Positions 20,119-29,593 of a DNA stretch of 53,276 bases are shown here, piece by piece (position 1 is the first letter of the stretch; every line of letters begins with the position of its first letter). The stretch comes from a virus (Duplodnaviria; Caudoviricetes). The notes beneath the pieces were generated by a model, which was not told where the DNA came from, ran no database searches, and saw only the letters and a list, made by a program, of their open reading frames with translations. The DNA lies in IMG/VR virus record IMGVR_UViG_3300041809_003414, positions 1 through 53,276 of that record. One strand, 5' to 3'. A program made the position numbers and the translations under genes.

Positions 20119-20448
20119 ATGAGACTGCCCAATGGCGAACACGCCATTGTTGATATCCGAAAGCTGCTGGAATACTGCCTGAATACGCAGCACCCGCGTG
20201 GCCGCAACAAGGCACGCGTATTTGCAGCCGTTGGGATCCGAGATACTGATGCGGCGGAACTCAGCGCGGCTCTAAGCGCGGCTGCGCGCGATTCTGAGGC
20301 GTGGCTCGGCTCTGCAAATCCGTATGGCCAGCGATATGTCGTGGATTTTGATTTCATTCGCCAAGACAGAACCATAAGAATACGGAGCACTTGGATCGTG
20401 CGAACCGGTGAAGAGTTGCCGCGGCTGACGAGTTGTTATGTACTGTAA
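20119..20448 (+). CDS. DUF6883-like protein (putative toxin / nuclease domain)
   Basis: LPN.EHAIVDIRKL..YCLN..HPRG.NKARVF...YGQRY...W...PRLTSCY motif. Confidence 0.75.
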   Translation: MRLPNGEHAIVDIRKLLEYCLNTQHPRGRNKARVFAAVGIRDTDAAELSAALSAAARDSEAWLGSANPYGQRYVVDFDFIRQDRTIRIRSTWIVRTGEELPRLTSCYVL

Positions 20449-20462
20449 GAGGAAGGTTTGCG

Positions 20463-20681
20463 ATGTCGGAAATTGAGATGCATTCCGTGGTAGCGCTGGT
20501 CGAGGACCTGCCCAAGGAGGGCTTGGTACGCGGCCAGGTCGGAACCGTGGTCGAGACCTGGGCTCCGGGCGTTTACGAGGTTGAGTTCAGCGATGGCGAT
20601 GGCAGAACCTATGCCATGGTCGCGTTGAAGGCTGAGCAACTGATGCGGTTGCATCACGAACCCGTACACCAGGCGGCTTAG
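20463..20681 (+). CDS. DUF4926 family protein (putative immunity / antitoxin)
   Basis: VVAL.EDLP..GL.RGQVGTVVE...YEVEFSD..G.TYA motif; GAGGAAGG upstream. Confidence 0.8.
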   Translation: MSEIEMHSVVALVEDLPKEGLVRGQVGTVVETWAPGVYEVEFSDGDGRTYAMVALKAEQLMRLHHEPVHQAA

Positions 20682-20711
20682 GGTCACTGAAATCTCCGAA
20701 TCTGGGAACCA

Positions 20712-21167
20712 CTACCGGCGCGACAGCTTCCGGATCAGCAACTCCTGGAAGCTCTTTGCATCGCGGTCCTCGGCCGCTATGTGTTCCTTCTGCTCGACGT
20801 CGATCACTTCCATCACGCGGAATTCTTCTTCGGTGATATCGTCGAGCGTGATCGAGAGGCCAATCGCCTTGGCGTTGAACAGCCTGAAGGAACGCCGCAC
20901 CAGGATGCCGTTTGGCGTGTCCATCGCCTCGTCGAGCAGGTTCCTCGGGCAAGCAGGCCCATGGCTCACGTCGATTGCCTTCCAGCCGGCGCCGCAGGCG
21001 GGACAGCCGTCAAGTTCAGTGCTCGCGGAGTAGCCGCATTGCCGGCACCGGAAAACGCGGTCAGGACAGTCTTCCTCTTTCCCGCAGAGCGAGCCCTGCC
21101 GTATGGAGGAACGAATGAGGAATCGCACGCCCGGACCCTCCGGGGAGTCGGGCGTCGCTATTCCGGG
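20712..21167 (-). CDS. Frameshifted extension of tail assembly chaperone (gpGT-like)
   Basis: Open -1 frame relative to 21158..21766, entered at CCCGGAA just before the stop; no good own start. Confidence 0.7.
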   Translation of the reverse strand, partial: PGIATPDSPEGPGVRFLIRSSIRQGSLCGKEEDCPDRVFRCRQCGYSASTELDGCPACGAGWKAIDVSHGPACPRNLLDEAMDTPNGILVRRSFRLFNAKAIGLSITLDDITEEEFRVMEVIDVEQKEHIAAEDRDAKSFQELLIRKLSRR

Positions 21168-21766
21168 TCGTCGTCGCCCTCGATTGCCAGTTGCGCGATC
21201 ACTTCGGACACGGCAGCGGACTTGTGGATGATAGGCACCGCGGCGACATAGCCGTCGTGTGACACATGCAGCTTGTCGTAGAGCAGGCCGCTCGGCTCCA
21301 GGAACGCTCGCGTCTCGATGGAACGCCGCGCCGCCACCACACTCGTGGAGGCCCGTTCGTGGTCCTGCATCTCCTTGGCGGTCGGCATACGCAATACATG
21401 CGCCACCCGCGCGCCCGGAACCTTCATGTCGATCCGGTAATTGTTTCCCTCGCGGTCGATGCCGGTCACCGCGCACCGCTCGATGCGGCCAATCACCACA
21501 CCAGCCTCGGCGTCGTCGAACTCCGGTCCGTCCTTGTCGGTCCGAACCTTGGCGAACAACTCCGCGTTGATCTTGGGCAGGTCGAGGTCTTCGCTCTGCG
21601 ACTTGCCGCGTCCCAGGAAGTGGCGCACCGTGCGCTGGGCTCGGGCCCAGGCACTCCACTCGTCGTCGGTCGGGAATCTCACCTCGCACCGCTTCTCGCC
21701 GCCCGACAGGATCGGCACCACGATGGGCTTCGTCGCGTCAAATACCGCCTTACTCGTCTGTTCCAT
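21158..21766 (-). CDS. Tail assembly chaperone (gpG-like)
   Basis: Between tail tube and tape measure; GAGAGG SD; acidic C-terminus before the slippery site. Confidence 0.75.
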   Translation of the reverse strand: MEQTSKAVFDATKPIVVPILSGGEKRCEVRFPTDDEWSAWARAQRTVRHFLGRGKSQSEDLDLPKINAELFAKVRTDKDGPEFDDAEAGVVIGRIERCAVTGIDREGNNYRIDMKVPGARVAHVLRMPTAKEMQDHERASTSVVAARRSIETRAFLEPSGLLYDKLHVSHDGYVAAVPIIHKSAAVSEVIAQLAIEGDDDPE

Positions 21767-21803
21767 AGTGACCTCTCAAAATCGGTAGAATTCACCTCGG
21801 GAC

Positions 21804-22841
21804 CTACGCCGCCGCCTGGCATATGCCGGACTGGGGCGTCGTGATCGACATGGTCACCAAGCCATTGGTCGGATCGTAAAGTTGCGTGCCGGTGACCTGC
21901 ATTGTCGCAATGCCATCGGTGTTGGAAAGCTCGGCCGTAGCGAAAGCCATCTTTTGAATCGCCATGGAAAAGCTGTTGTTTGCATCCCGAGTAAACGTGA
22001 TCGTGGCCGGCCCGGTCGTCTGGTTGATCAAGTTGGTGTATTCCAACGAGCCCGACTGGACACGCACCACAAACTGGACGGCGAACGAACGGTCGCCCCA
22101 CTCGAAGCGTCCCTGGATTTGATAGCCATCCTGCGCCCCCGATCCGGGGAAGAAGCCGGGCCGAAAATTGTTTTCCCAGGAAGCGTCGAGGGAAACGAAC
22201 TGCTTTCCGCTTCCGCCGGTGAGGTAGTTGATGCCATTGATCGTCAACGCGCTCACCATGCTGGCGTTGAACTCATGCGTCGTCGCCACCGCTGGCAACG
22301 TCACGCCACTGGGTGTGGTGTACTGGCCGGTGGCAACGCACTCGCACGAGCACGTCGCGCTGGAGCGACCGGGCGAATTCTTGATGGCCAGCTTCCATCC
22401 TTTGATCGCGCAGCCCACCAGAATTTCATCGAGCACCGCCGAGCCGCCGGGCCGAATCTGCTGAACAAACGAGAAGTACGGCAACTCCAGGCCGGTGGGA
22501 TTGGTGGCGCCCAACGCCGGCACAACGATGTAGCTGTACGGCGAGGCGCTACCGGCGACGGTCACGTTCCCGAGCGAAAACGCCATCACCCATGCCAGGA
22601 ACTCCGACGAGCAGTACTTCGAAATCTCGTAGGTCGGCATGTTGTAGTGCGATTTGAACAGTTGCGTCGGGAATTCGTGTCCCTTGCCGACTTCCGCCCG
22701 ATCGTCTTCATTCACAGGGACCTTGGCCCAAGGTTTCGTGTTCAGATTTGTGTGCCGCCAGATGGCCGTCGTGTTCGGCGTAATGATATTGGTCTGCTGG
22801 CCATAGCTCCAGCCATCCATCAGTTCGTTGATGTTAGCCAC
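21804..22841 (-). CDS. Major tail (tube) protein
   Basis: 345 aa beta-rich, GAGGAGG SD, GTG start, canonical position. Confidence 0.8.
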   Translation of the reverse strand: MANINELMDGWSYGQQTNIITPNTTAIWRHTNLNTKPWAKVPVNEDDRAEVGKGHEFPTQLFKSHYNMPTYEISKYCSSEFLAWVMAFSLGNVTVAGSASPYSYIVVPALGATNPTGLELPYFSFVQQIRPGGSAVLDEILVGCAIKGWKLAIKNSPGRSSATCSCECVATGQYTTPSGVTLPAVATTHEFNASMVSALTINGINYLTGGSGKQFVSLDASWENNFRPGFFPGSGAQDGYQIQGRFEWGDRSFAVQFVVRVQSGSLEYTNLINQTTGPATITFTRDANNSFSMAIQKMAFATAELSNTDGIATMQVTGTQLYDPTNGLVTMSITTPQSGICQAAA

Positions 22842-22876
22842 TTAACCGGCCCTCCTCGTCGAGATCAATGCCATGA

Positions 22877-23041
22877 CTATTTCGCCTCCTTGAGAGCAGC
22901 TACGGGTTTCGCCGGCGAGGACGGCGGCGGCACCTGGTGCCACCCCGCCGCCAAATATGGCGTCAGAATTGCGGCAGTTGCCTGGACCTCCTTAATCTCG
23001 TCGCCTTGTGGGGATTCTAAATAGATCACGGGAGCGCTCAT
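22877..23041 (-). CDS. Small hypothetical protein, 54 aa (not in ORF track)
   Basis: ATG 23041 with GAGGA upstream; MSAPVIYLESPQGDEIKEVQATAAILTPYLAAGWHQVPPP...; fills the gap before the tail tube gene. Confidence 0.6.
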   Translation of the reverse strand: MSAPVIYLESPQGDEIKEVQATAAILTPYLAAGWHQVPPPSSPAKPVAALKEAK

Positions 23042-23069
23042 CTCTGTCCTCGATCCGGCAGCAACCGGC

Positions 23070-23567
23070 TTATGGGTTGTAGGATTCGATCAGCCGCACC
23101 GGAACCTCGAAGTATTCGAAGGTCGCGCCGTCCGCGCTGATCACGATGGTGTTGCGCCTGGCCGACGGCAAGTAAAAGTCCATCGGTTCGCAGTTCGGGT
23201 CCACCTGGGTATGCAGCATCCTGAGAGTTCCGCCCTGCGGAATGTCGTTCACGATCCAATTGAAAATGTCCTCGTAGCCGACGCTCGGGGTTTCGGGCGC
23301 GCGAAGGTAGAGCGCGAAGTCGTGAACGAAAACCAGGGCGTTACCGAGTCTGCCCGGTGCGGTGCCATGCCACGCGATCAGAATCGATCCAGGCGGCATC
23401 GAAAGGATGGCCAATCGGACGTTGTTCTGCGTGGGCTGGCAGAAGACGGTGGTGTTCTCCGAGTAGAACTGAATCGAGCCGGCGTTGCCGCCCAGTGCTT
23501 CCATCAGATTGGGCAACGCCTGAAGCGCGGTCACCCACTCCGCGAGGATGGTTTTGGGGTTGATCAC
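23070..23567 (-). CDS. Putative tail terminator / neck protein
   Basis: GTGA overlap with upstream gene; size and position before tail tube. Confidence 0.6.
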   Translation of the reverse strand: MINPKTILAEWVTALQALPNLMEALGGNAGSIQFYSENTTVFCQPTQNNVRLAILSMPPGSILIAWHGTAPGRLGNALVFVHDFALYLRAPETPSVGYEDIFNWIVNDIPQGGTLRMLHTQVDPNCEPMDFYLPSARRNTIVISADGATFEYFEVPVRLIESYNP

Positions 23568-23893
23568 TGCTGTGGCTGGAGGGTCAGGGTTACGTGGACC
23601 ATCCCATACGGATCGGGCTGGCGGACCGTGCTCACCACAAATTGCGATTCCCACGCGGTAACGGCATCACCGCGTAGTGGCGTGTTCGGAAGGTCGGCCG
23701 GGTTAATTTCGACCTCCTCCATGCTGGCCACCGCGCCCGCCTCCATCCGCTCGCGGAGACGGCGAACTACCGTGATCGTCAGCGGAGAGCCGACTGGCTT
23801 ACCCGCCTGCATCGGCTGGTATACCACCGGCTCGCCGAAGGCGTTTTGCAGGATGCTGTTCACATCCGCGCTGATCGCAAACCAGTCAGACAT
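23564..23893 (-). CDS. Head-tail joining protein (gpFII-like)
   Basis: FGEPVVY...P.RGD.V...F.V..V..D..G pattern; position after capsid genes. Confidence 0.75.
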   Translation of the reverse strand: MSDWFAISADVNSILQNAFGEPVVYQPMQAGKPVGSPLTITVVRRLRERMEAGAVASMEEVEINPADLPNTPLRGDAVTAWESQFVVSTVRQPDPYGMVHVTLTLQPQQ

Positions 23894-23964
23894 GGGTTTC
23901 CGGGAGAAAAAAGTGGCGGAATGGCAGCCGCCCCGAAGGCAGATACAAGGAGCAATCGGCGAAA

Positions 23965-24759
23965 CTACTGCAGCGTCACGACGGAATAGAACACGGTCAC
24001 GACCATGATGCCGTTGCCAGCAGTGAACGGCGCGGTGCCGTTGGTGATATTCAATCCGGCGGCAACCGGCGGCTGCACGACAGCGGACGGAACCGGCAGA
24101 ACGTTGAGACTCTGCGCCGCCGCAGTGACGGTCGCGGCGGGAATATTGGAGGAGTGCGGCGTAACCCCACCACCCTGATACGGGAGGCTGACCGCGCCGC
24201 CCCCGGCGAACTGAACGGTGCCCGGCTTGACCTCAACCGCAATCTGGTCGATGACCAACGCTTGGCCGGCAGCCGGCGCCGGCAGGATATTGACCGGTGC
24301 GGCGTTCATCCCCATGATCTGGGCAGCAGTGAGGGCGACGACCGCCTTTTGAAGCACAGACGGATCGAGATCGGCCGAGCCCACCGGGGTGAATCCGGTC
24401 GGGACCAGACGCACGCGCACGGTAAAATCGGTGGTCGCCCCACCAGGCGCCGCAGTTCCGCTGGCCTGGTCCAGCACCGCGAACCCGATTTCCTTGGTCG
24501 ACCCGCCCGTCGCCGTTAGCGTGTTGGCGGTGGTCAACTGCTGGTTGTTGTCCCAGTAGACCTTGGCGCCCGACACAAACGTACTGCCGTCCTTCGCCAA
24601 GTCGAAGACGCCCTCGACTACCAGTTCGCTGGAATCGCCGGGGTTCTGATTGTTGACCGAAACGCCGAAGACGTTGCCCACCTGGCAGCCGCCCCCACTC
24701 AGCAGAGCATAGGGCGCGGTCACAGTCAGGGTGTTACCTTTCTGAACGTAATTCTGCAT
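23965..24759 (-). CDS. DUF2190 family capsid cement / decoration protein with C-terminal extension
   Basis: MQNYVQKG.TLTVTAP...SG...VG..FGV...EGVFDLAK...G.KVYWD motif; AAGGGAG SD. Confidence 0.85.
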   Translation of the reverse strand: MQNYVQKGNTLTVTAPYALLSGGGCQVGNVFGVSVNNQNPGDSSELVVEGVFDLAKDGSTFVSGAKVYWDNNQQLTTANTLTATGGSTKEIGFAVLDQASGTAAPGGATTDFTVRVRLVPTGFTPVGSADLDPSVLQKAVVALTAAQIMGMNAAPVNILPAPAAGQALVIDQIAVEVKPGTVQFAGGGAVSLPYQGGGVTPHSSNIPAATVTAAAQSLNVLPVPSAVVQPPVAAGLNITNGTAPFTAGNGIMVVTVFYSVVTLQ

Positions 24760-24831
24760 TTTGGAATCTCCCTTGAGTTGTGGGGAGGGCGGTGTGTGCC
24801 GCCCCACCGGTTGTTTCGTCTCAGTGCTGCT

Positions 24832-27066
24832 CTACTCGCCGGCGTTTCGCTGCATGCCGCGATAGTCGATTCCGGCCGCACCGAAGTCCATGCGGGCCTT
24901 GATCTCAATACCGTCGATCTCGAAGCCCTGCTTGGTTTCGACGAATACGCCCTGCTGGCCCTCGAGGTAGCAGTACTCCACTGTGTCGATCTGCGCGGGA
25001 TCGGCGATCAGATACCAGCCACTCGCGCTCGCCGCATCCAAACGCGGCTCGACGATGGGCACCAAGCTGCGCACCCACTCCGGAACCACAGCTGTCGCGG
25101 TAGCGGAAGCGATGTTAATGGGATACACGAGCTGGAGCGCATAAGTTTCGAGCGCGGTCGGCACCGCGAGAAACCGCGGAACCAGATTGAGCGGGGTGCC
25201 CTGCGGTCCCTTCTGCTGCCGCATCGATTTGCGACCTTCGCCCAAAGCGAACAGCGGTCCCGTGCCAGCCGGAGTGCCGCCGTTTACGGTGGGATCGATG
25301 CTGCTGCCGGTACCGCTGAGCAGGTTGTTGTGAGCAACGGCGAAGAGCGCCGTGGCGATCTTGTCCCCGGCATAGATAGCCGCCGGATTGGAGGTGATGA
25401 TGCCCCACACCGTATCTGACTCCAGCCGCGCGGCAGCGACGCCCAGCAGAGCGGGGACGCGGGTGAACGCCTGCAGGTCGTCGTTGATGATGACCTTGCG
25501 AGTCAGCGCCACGATCTCGCCGTAAGTGGCGAGTGCGTAGCTGATGTTGTTGTCAGTGAGCAGCGCACGATGGTACTCGCCCTTTTCATTCAGCTTCTGT
25601 AGAGACGGTGCATCGGCCAGCATCACCCGATTGATAGGCTTGAAGTCGGCCGCCGTCATCTGCCGGCAGAACGGCTGGAAGGTGCGGGGATAGGCTTCGT
25701 ATCCCTGACGCAGGGTCTTGTTGGCAACATTCGCGAGAATTGCCGGGAAGTCGGAGGTCGACTCGGCGCCATCAAAGAACTCCACGCCGCGCGACGGGGC
25801 GCGGAGCGCCAGTTCCGCGATACGGCGCGCGTCCATTCCCCTGGGATCGATGCCCTTGAGTTGCAGAAACTCTTTGGCCATCTCGATGAGTTTGAAGTTG
25901 CGGTATTCCCGCCCCATCTCCTCGGCCTGCGCTTGCTGTTTCTCTCCACATCCGCCCAGGAATTGGCCGCTTACCGGGTGGCGATTTAAGAAGAAACGGC
26001 TATCGGCCCTCAGGAGCAACGACATCTGCATGCAACCGAGCCGCTTCTCCACGGCGTCGCCGCCGCGGCCGCTGCTCGCGGCGCCGACGGGGGTAATCGG
26101 CGGCTCCGCGCCCTTCTTCGCGAGCTTGTTGAGAATCTCCTTGCCCGCCACGTCGGCCGAGACGCCCTTCGCGATGAACTGGCTAATGAGAGTCTTGTCG
26201 ACGCCCTGGATGGTGCCCAGCGCCTCGATATCGGCGACGCGCTTGCGTTCGGCTTGGACCGCCTCTTCCCGCGCGGCGGCCAAAGCCTGTTCGTCTATTA
26301 CACGGGCTTCCGTGCCCGTCTCCTGCGCCGTCTCAGGCATTGCAGGTTTCTCCTTTCGCGGGCTAATTGCCCGAAGTGCATCCAACACGCCGGAGTCCGG
26401 CGTGCCGAAAACCGCGATTTCCCCGGTGGGTTGGGCACTGAGAAAACACGTATTGAAATCGGCCGGCACCGTGCAGGGGGAGATCTCGAACGGCTCCCAA
26501 TCAGTGGCCGTAAACATGCCGACTTCCTGGTTGTTCAGGTACGGCGGCTTTCCCTCCGGCAGGCCCTCGGTCTGCATGTCGGTCTTTTCCCGCTTATAAA
26601 TAAAGGTGCCGAAGCTGAGGTTCTGAAGGATGCCGGTGCTGGCCTTCCGGAACATCTCGGTCGCGTCCGGATCACCCATGTCGAACTGCAGCGTGGCCAT
26701 CCCCTTGTCGCCGTTCGGCCAGGCCCGCCGCACCACGCCCACCTGGGCCCGCGTGCCAACCTTGCCGGCTACCAGCGATTTGAAATCGTCGCCGGTAAAA
26801 TGGGTATCGAAGACCGGCGCACCGTTGTTCAGCCGGTCGAAGCGACAGCCGTCCATCGAGAGCTTCAGCATGTACGGCTCGCCGGTGGAGCGATCGATCC
26901 TGGGTACGAATGCCCCGCTGTACCAGACGACGTCGATGGTTCCATCCTTGGCATTCGCGGTCGACGGTAGCACCTGCGCATCGGCAGCGAACACTTCCGA
27001 GTTCGGCGCGGCGGGCGGTGGCGCGCCCGTGTCCCTGTGCAAGTATTCGGTTGTGAGAAGCGGCAT
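24832..27066 (-). CDS. Prohead protease / major capsid protein fusion
   Basis: N-terminal protease (DTH...LSFG...WEPFEIS..VPAD), helical scaffold linker, C-terminal HK97-fold capsid (STSDFP.IL.NVANK.L, IINDDL.AF, D.GAA.ID.RG). Confidence 0.92.
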   Translation of the reverse strand: MPLLTTEYLHRDTGAPPPAAPNSEVFAADAQVLPSTANAKDGTIDVVWYSGAFVPRIDRSTGEPYMLKLSMDGCRFDRLNNGAPVFDTHFTGDDFKSLVAGKVGTRAQVGVVRRAWPNGDKGMATLQFDMGDPDATEMFRKASTGILQNLSFGTFIYKREKTDMQTEGLPEGKPPYLNNQEVGMFTATDWEPFEISPCTVPADFNTCFLSAQPTGEIAVFGTPDSGVLDALRAISPRKEKPAMPETAQETGTEARVIDEQALAAAREEAVQAERKRVADIEALGTIQGVDKTLISQFIAKGVSADVAGKEILNKLAKKGAEPPITPVGAASSGRGGDAVEKRLGCMQMSLLLRADSRFFLNRHPVSGQFLGGCGEKQQAQAEEMGREYRNFKLIEMAKEFLQLKGIDPRGMDARRIAELALRAPSRGVEFFDGAESTSDFPAILANVANKTLRQGYEAYPRTFQPFCRQMTAADFKPINRVMLADAPSLQKLNEKGEYHRALLTDNNISYALATYGEIVALTRKVIINDDLQAFTRVPALLGVAAARLESDTVWGIITSNPAAIYAGDKIATALFAVAHNNLLSGTGSSIDPTVNGGTPAGTGPLFALGEGRKSMRQQKGPQGTPLNLVPRFLAVPTALETYALQLVYPINIASATATAVVPEWVRSLVPIVEPRLDAASASGWYLIADPAQIDTVEYCYLEGQQGVFVETKQGFEIDGIEIKARMDFGAAGIDYRGMQRNAGE

Positions 27067-27075
27067 AGTTTGCGC

Positions 27076-27564
27076 CTATTCCTTCACCGCGTTGACCGCG
27101 ATGTAGTCGTTCTCGCCCAGCTTCTTCAGCTGGAAGATCTGTTTCTGGAGCCAGCAGATGTGACCTTTGAACTTGTCGTCGCCCTCGCGATGCCACTTTG
27201 AAAGGTGCTGGTAGAAGTGGAAGTTCGACATGTCGCCGGCCTCGTAGCACTGCTTACAGAGTTCGGCGAAGCGAGAAGCGGCGGCCTGCTCGGCGTCGAA
27301 CGCGCCGTTCAGCATGTCGCCAATGCTGTCGTGGGTCGTCGCCGGCTTCGGATTGAGCGTCGGCGCCCCCTCGAGAAACAACAGCCGGCTCGTGAGGCAC
27401 TTCATATGGTCTTCGCACTGCTCGTGCAGCAGTTTGAAGCCATCGGCCAAGTCGAGTCCAAGCCGTTTCAGGTCCCGCTGGTCGAGAAGGTATTGCAGCA
27501 TCAGTGTTGCCTCGACGGTGACGGCTTCCTGAAGGCCGGCCATTACCTCCGAATTTCCCTTCAT
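27076..27564 (-). CDS. Bacterioferritin-like (ferritin-fold) protein
   Basis: MKG..V...L....E.....QY, H....RLLFLEG.P, EML/DML.....E and GHI.WL..Q..L...LG..DY align with bacterioferritin; AAGGGGGAG SD. Confidence 0.85.
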   Translation of the reverse strand: MKGNSEVMAGLQEAVTVEATLMLQYLLDQRDLKRLGLDLADGFKLLHEQCEDHMKCLTSRLLFLEGAPTLNPKPATTHDSIGDMLNGAFDAEQAAASRFAELCKQCYEAGDMSNFHFYQHLSKWHREGDDKFKGHICWLQKQIFQLKKLGENDYIAVNAVKE

Positions 27565-27593
27565 GGGTTTCTCCCCCTTTTCTTGAGATGGAT

Positions 27594-29303
27594 TTATCCC
27601 CGGTAGAGCCGGGTTGTGGATTGCCAACTCGTTGTCTCGCGGGTGATGCCAGCTACCAGGAGTTCCTTCACCATCGCTAGATCGTCCTCGGAAAGCGCGA
27701 GGCCCTGGCTGCCGGATGTTCCGCCAACAGGTTTGCTGGTCGGCGTTCGCTCCTCGGTATTCGCCGGTTGCTCCTGACCGCGCAGCGTAACGTTACGCGG
27801 ATCAACATCGAGGATGATTTCGAACTTATCCACCAGCTTGTTAAAGAGCGCGATCTGCTGAAGCTGCGTGGTCGGGTCGTACCCGTTCTCCAGCACTGCC
27901 TCAAACCAGGTCTTCCGGCCCATACGAACGTCCTTCAACACCGCCTCGGCATCTTTGACCGGATCCACGGACTCGAACCGCGGCGCCGTCCATTGCACGC
28001 TCCGAAGATGGACCTTCGGATCGTTCAACGCCGCGCGCGGAATCTTGCCCTGCAGAATGAGCACGTCGATGAATCGGCGCCACACCGGCATGCAGAAAAG
28101 TGGCATTAGAGTGAGCCAACGGTAATTTTCGACCGTGTTCCGGAAGCCCAACATGCCGCCGCGCCACGACGAATAATTCACCTGCGACATATCGCCGGTG
28201 CCGAGCTCGTAGGGTAGACCAATGCCGGCCATGATCCCTTGCAACTCGGTCATCTTATATTCGCGGTAGCCGCCGGCCGGAGGCGGGTTATTGAACTTGA
28301 TCTCCTGACCGGGCTTCAGATACTCCACCTGGCCGGGTTGGAACGTCTCGACAGCAAGCCCGCTCGAGGGATCGGTACCGGCGATGCCTACTGGATCGCC
28401 CTCGACACCTTCCGGTTGCGTCACGAATGCCGTAACGCAGGCCTCCACTTTTTTACGGACCCGTTCTGCGTCGCAGTAATCATCCAGATCGCGGATGGCC
28501 ATCATCACGGGCGCCAGCCACGGTACACCGCGCACCTGGCCGGGACGAAGCACGCGATAGGTGTGGAGGATCTGGTCCGCGGGCACCGGCTGGCTCACGA
28601 TGCCGCCGCGCGGATTGAGAATCAATACGCCACCCGGGTGATAGCTGAAAAGCCAGTACGCCACCCGGTGGCCGTCCTCATCGAACTGGACGCCTTCCAT
28701 CACATGGCCGTTCACGAGGCCCATCGTACGGGTCTGGTCCAGGAAGTCGGCTTCCAGCATCTGAAGCTGCAGCGGAACGCGAAGACCGGAATCTACCAGG
28801 CGCGGCCGGAATCGCGCGAGTGCCTCGCCGCTTTCGGCCATCGTCCGGACAGTCAACGTCTGCATGCCGTAGAAATCGAGGCGCTGCGGTTCGTCGCAGG
28901 CCTCGGCAAAATACGGCCATTCGTTATCAATGATCTGATCAATGGCAGTGGCCCCGGTTTTGGCTTTCGGCACGATGCCGGTTCCCACCACGTTGCCGGC
29001 CAGTTCCTCGACGGCGTGCGAGGCATACGGGTTATTCCGGATCAGATCCCGGCTGCGGTCGCGTAGCCAAATCAGTGCGCCCATCAACTCGACGTTGGCG
29101 TCGGTTGAACCGGCGTACCACCCGTAAGCGCGCCGGCCGGCAGTGGCGCCCTCGTAACGGAAGCGCTCCGCGTGACGGCGCCGATAGCCGTCGACGATCT
29201 CTCCGACCGCACGCTGCACAGCGTAGCGGCCCGAAGATGCGGATCGCGCGTTCCAGTCCCGGCGAAGCAGTGGTATGGGGCGCCTGATCAAATCAGAAGT
29301 CAT
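27594..29303 (-). CDS. Portal protein, lambda gpB family
   Basis: LRDRSRDLIRNNPYA, LQMLEADFL, RPGQVRGVPWLAPV, GDMSQVNYSS.R motifs. Confidence 0.95.
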   Translation of the reverse strand: MTSDLIRRPIPLLRRDWNARSASSGRYAVQRAVGEIVDGYRRRHAERFRYEGATAGRRAYGWYAGSTDANVELMGALIWLRDRSRDLIRNNPYASHAVEELAGNVVGTGIVPKAKTGATAIDQIIDNEWPYFAEACDEPQRLDFYGMQTLTVRTMAESGEALARFRPRLVDSGLRVPLQLQMLEADFLDQTRTMGLVNGHVMEGVQFDEDGHRVAYWLFSYHPGGVLILNPRGGIVSQPVPADQILHTYRVLRPGQVRGVPWLAPVMMAIRDLDDYCDAERVRKKVEACVTAFVTQPEGVEGDPVGIAGTDPSSGLAVETFQPGQVEYLKPGQEIKFNNPPPAGGYREYKMTELQGIMAGIGLPYELGTGDMSQVNYSSWRGGMLGFRNTVENYRWLTLMPLFCMPVWRRFIDVLILQGKIPRAALNDPKVHLRSVQWTAPRFESVDPVKDAEAVLKDVRMGRKTWFEAVLENGYDPTTQLQQIALFNKLVDKFEIILDVDPRNVTLRGQEQPANTEERTPTSKPVGGTSGSQGLALSEDDLAMVKELLVAGITRETTSWQSTTRLYRG

Positions 29304-29559
29304 CGAATCGCTTGAGCTTGAATCCCGGTTCCAAAATCATGAACTCGAGACCGAACTTCGCCCTCACCTCATCAAGCATTGCCTGCAGATTGTTGTAGGC
29401 GTCGGGAGACACTTCGAAGTCAGTCTCAATTACGTAGAGCTTCGAGGTGGGGAGTGTGGATTGTGGCCGAGGCTCCTTGGCCAGTTCCAGAAGGCTCTTC
29501 GGCCCGTTACCGCGCCAAGGGGTGCAAAGAAACCGAAGTATGACGCCTGCGATTCTCAT
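29293..29559 (-). CDS. Hypothetical protein
   Basis: 88 aa ORF overlapping the portal start. Confidence 0.5.
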   Translation of the reverse strand: MRIAGVILRFLCTPWRGNGPKSLLELAKEPRPQSTLPTSKLYVIETDFEVSPDAYNNLQAMLDEVRAKFGLEFMILEPGFKLKRFDDF

Positions 29560-29593
29560 TTCTCGAAGCGCCCCCGAATTTCCGCGAACGCGC

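Noticed and set aside
24832-27564. Ferritin plus HK97-fold gene as a bona fide encapsulin operon
   Set aside because: The shell gene is a protease-capsid fusion flanked by portal, terminase and tail genes, and no encapsulin targeting peptide is evident on the ferritin
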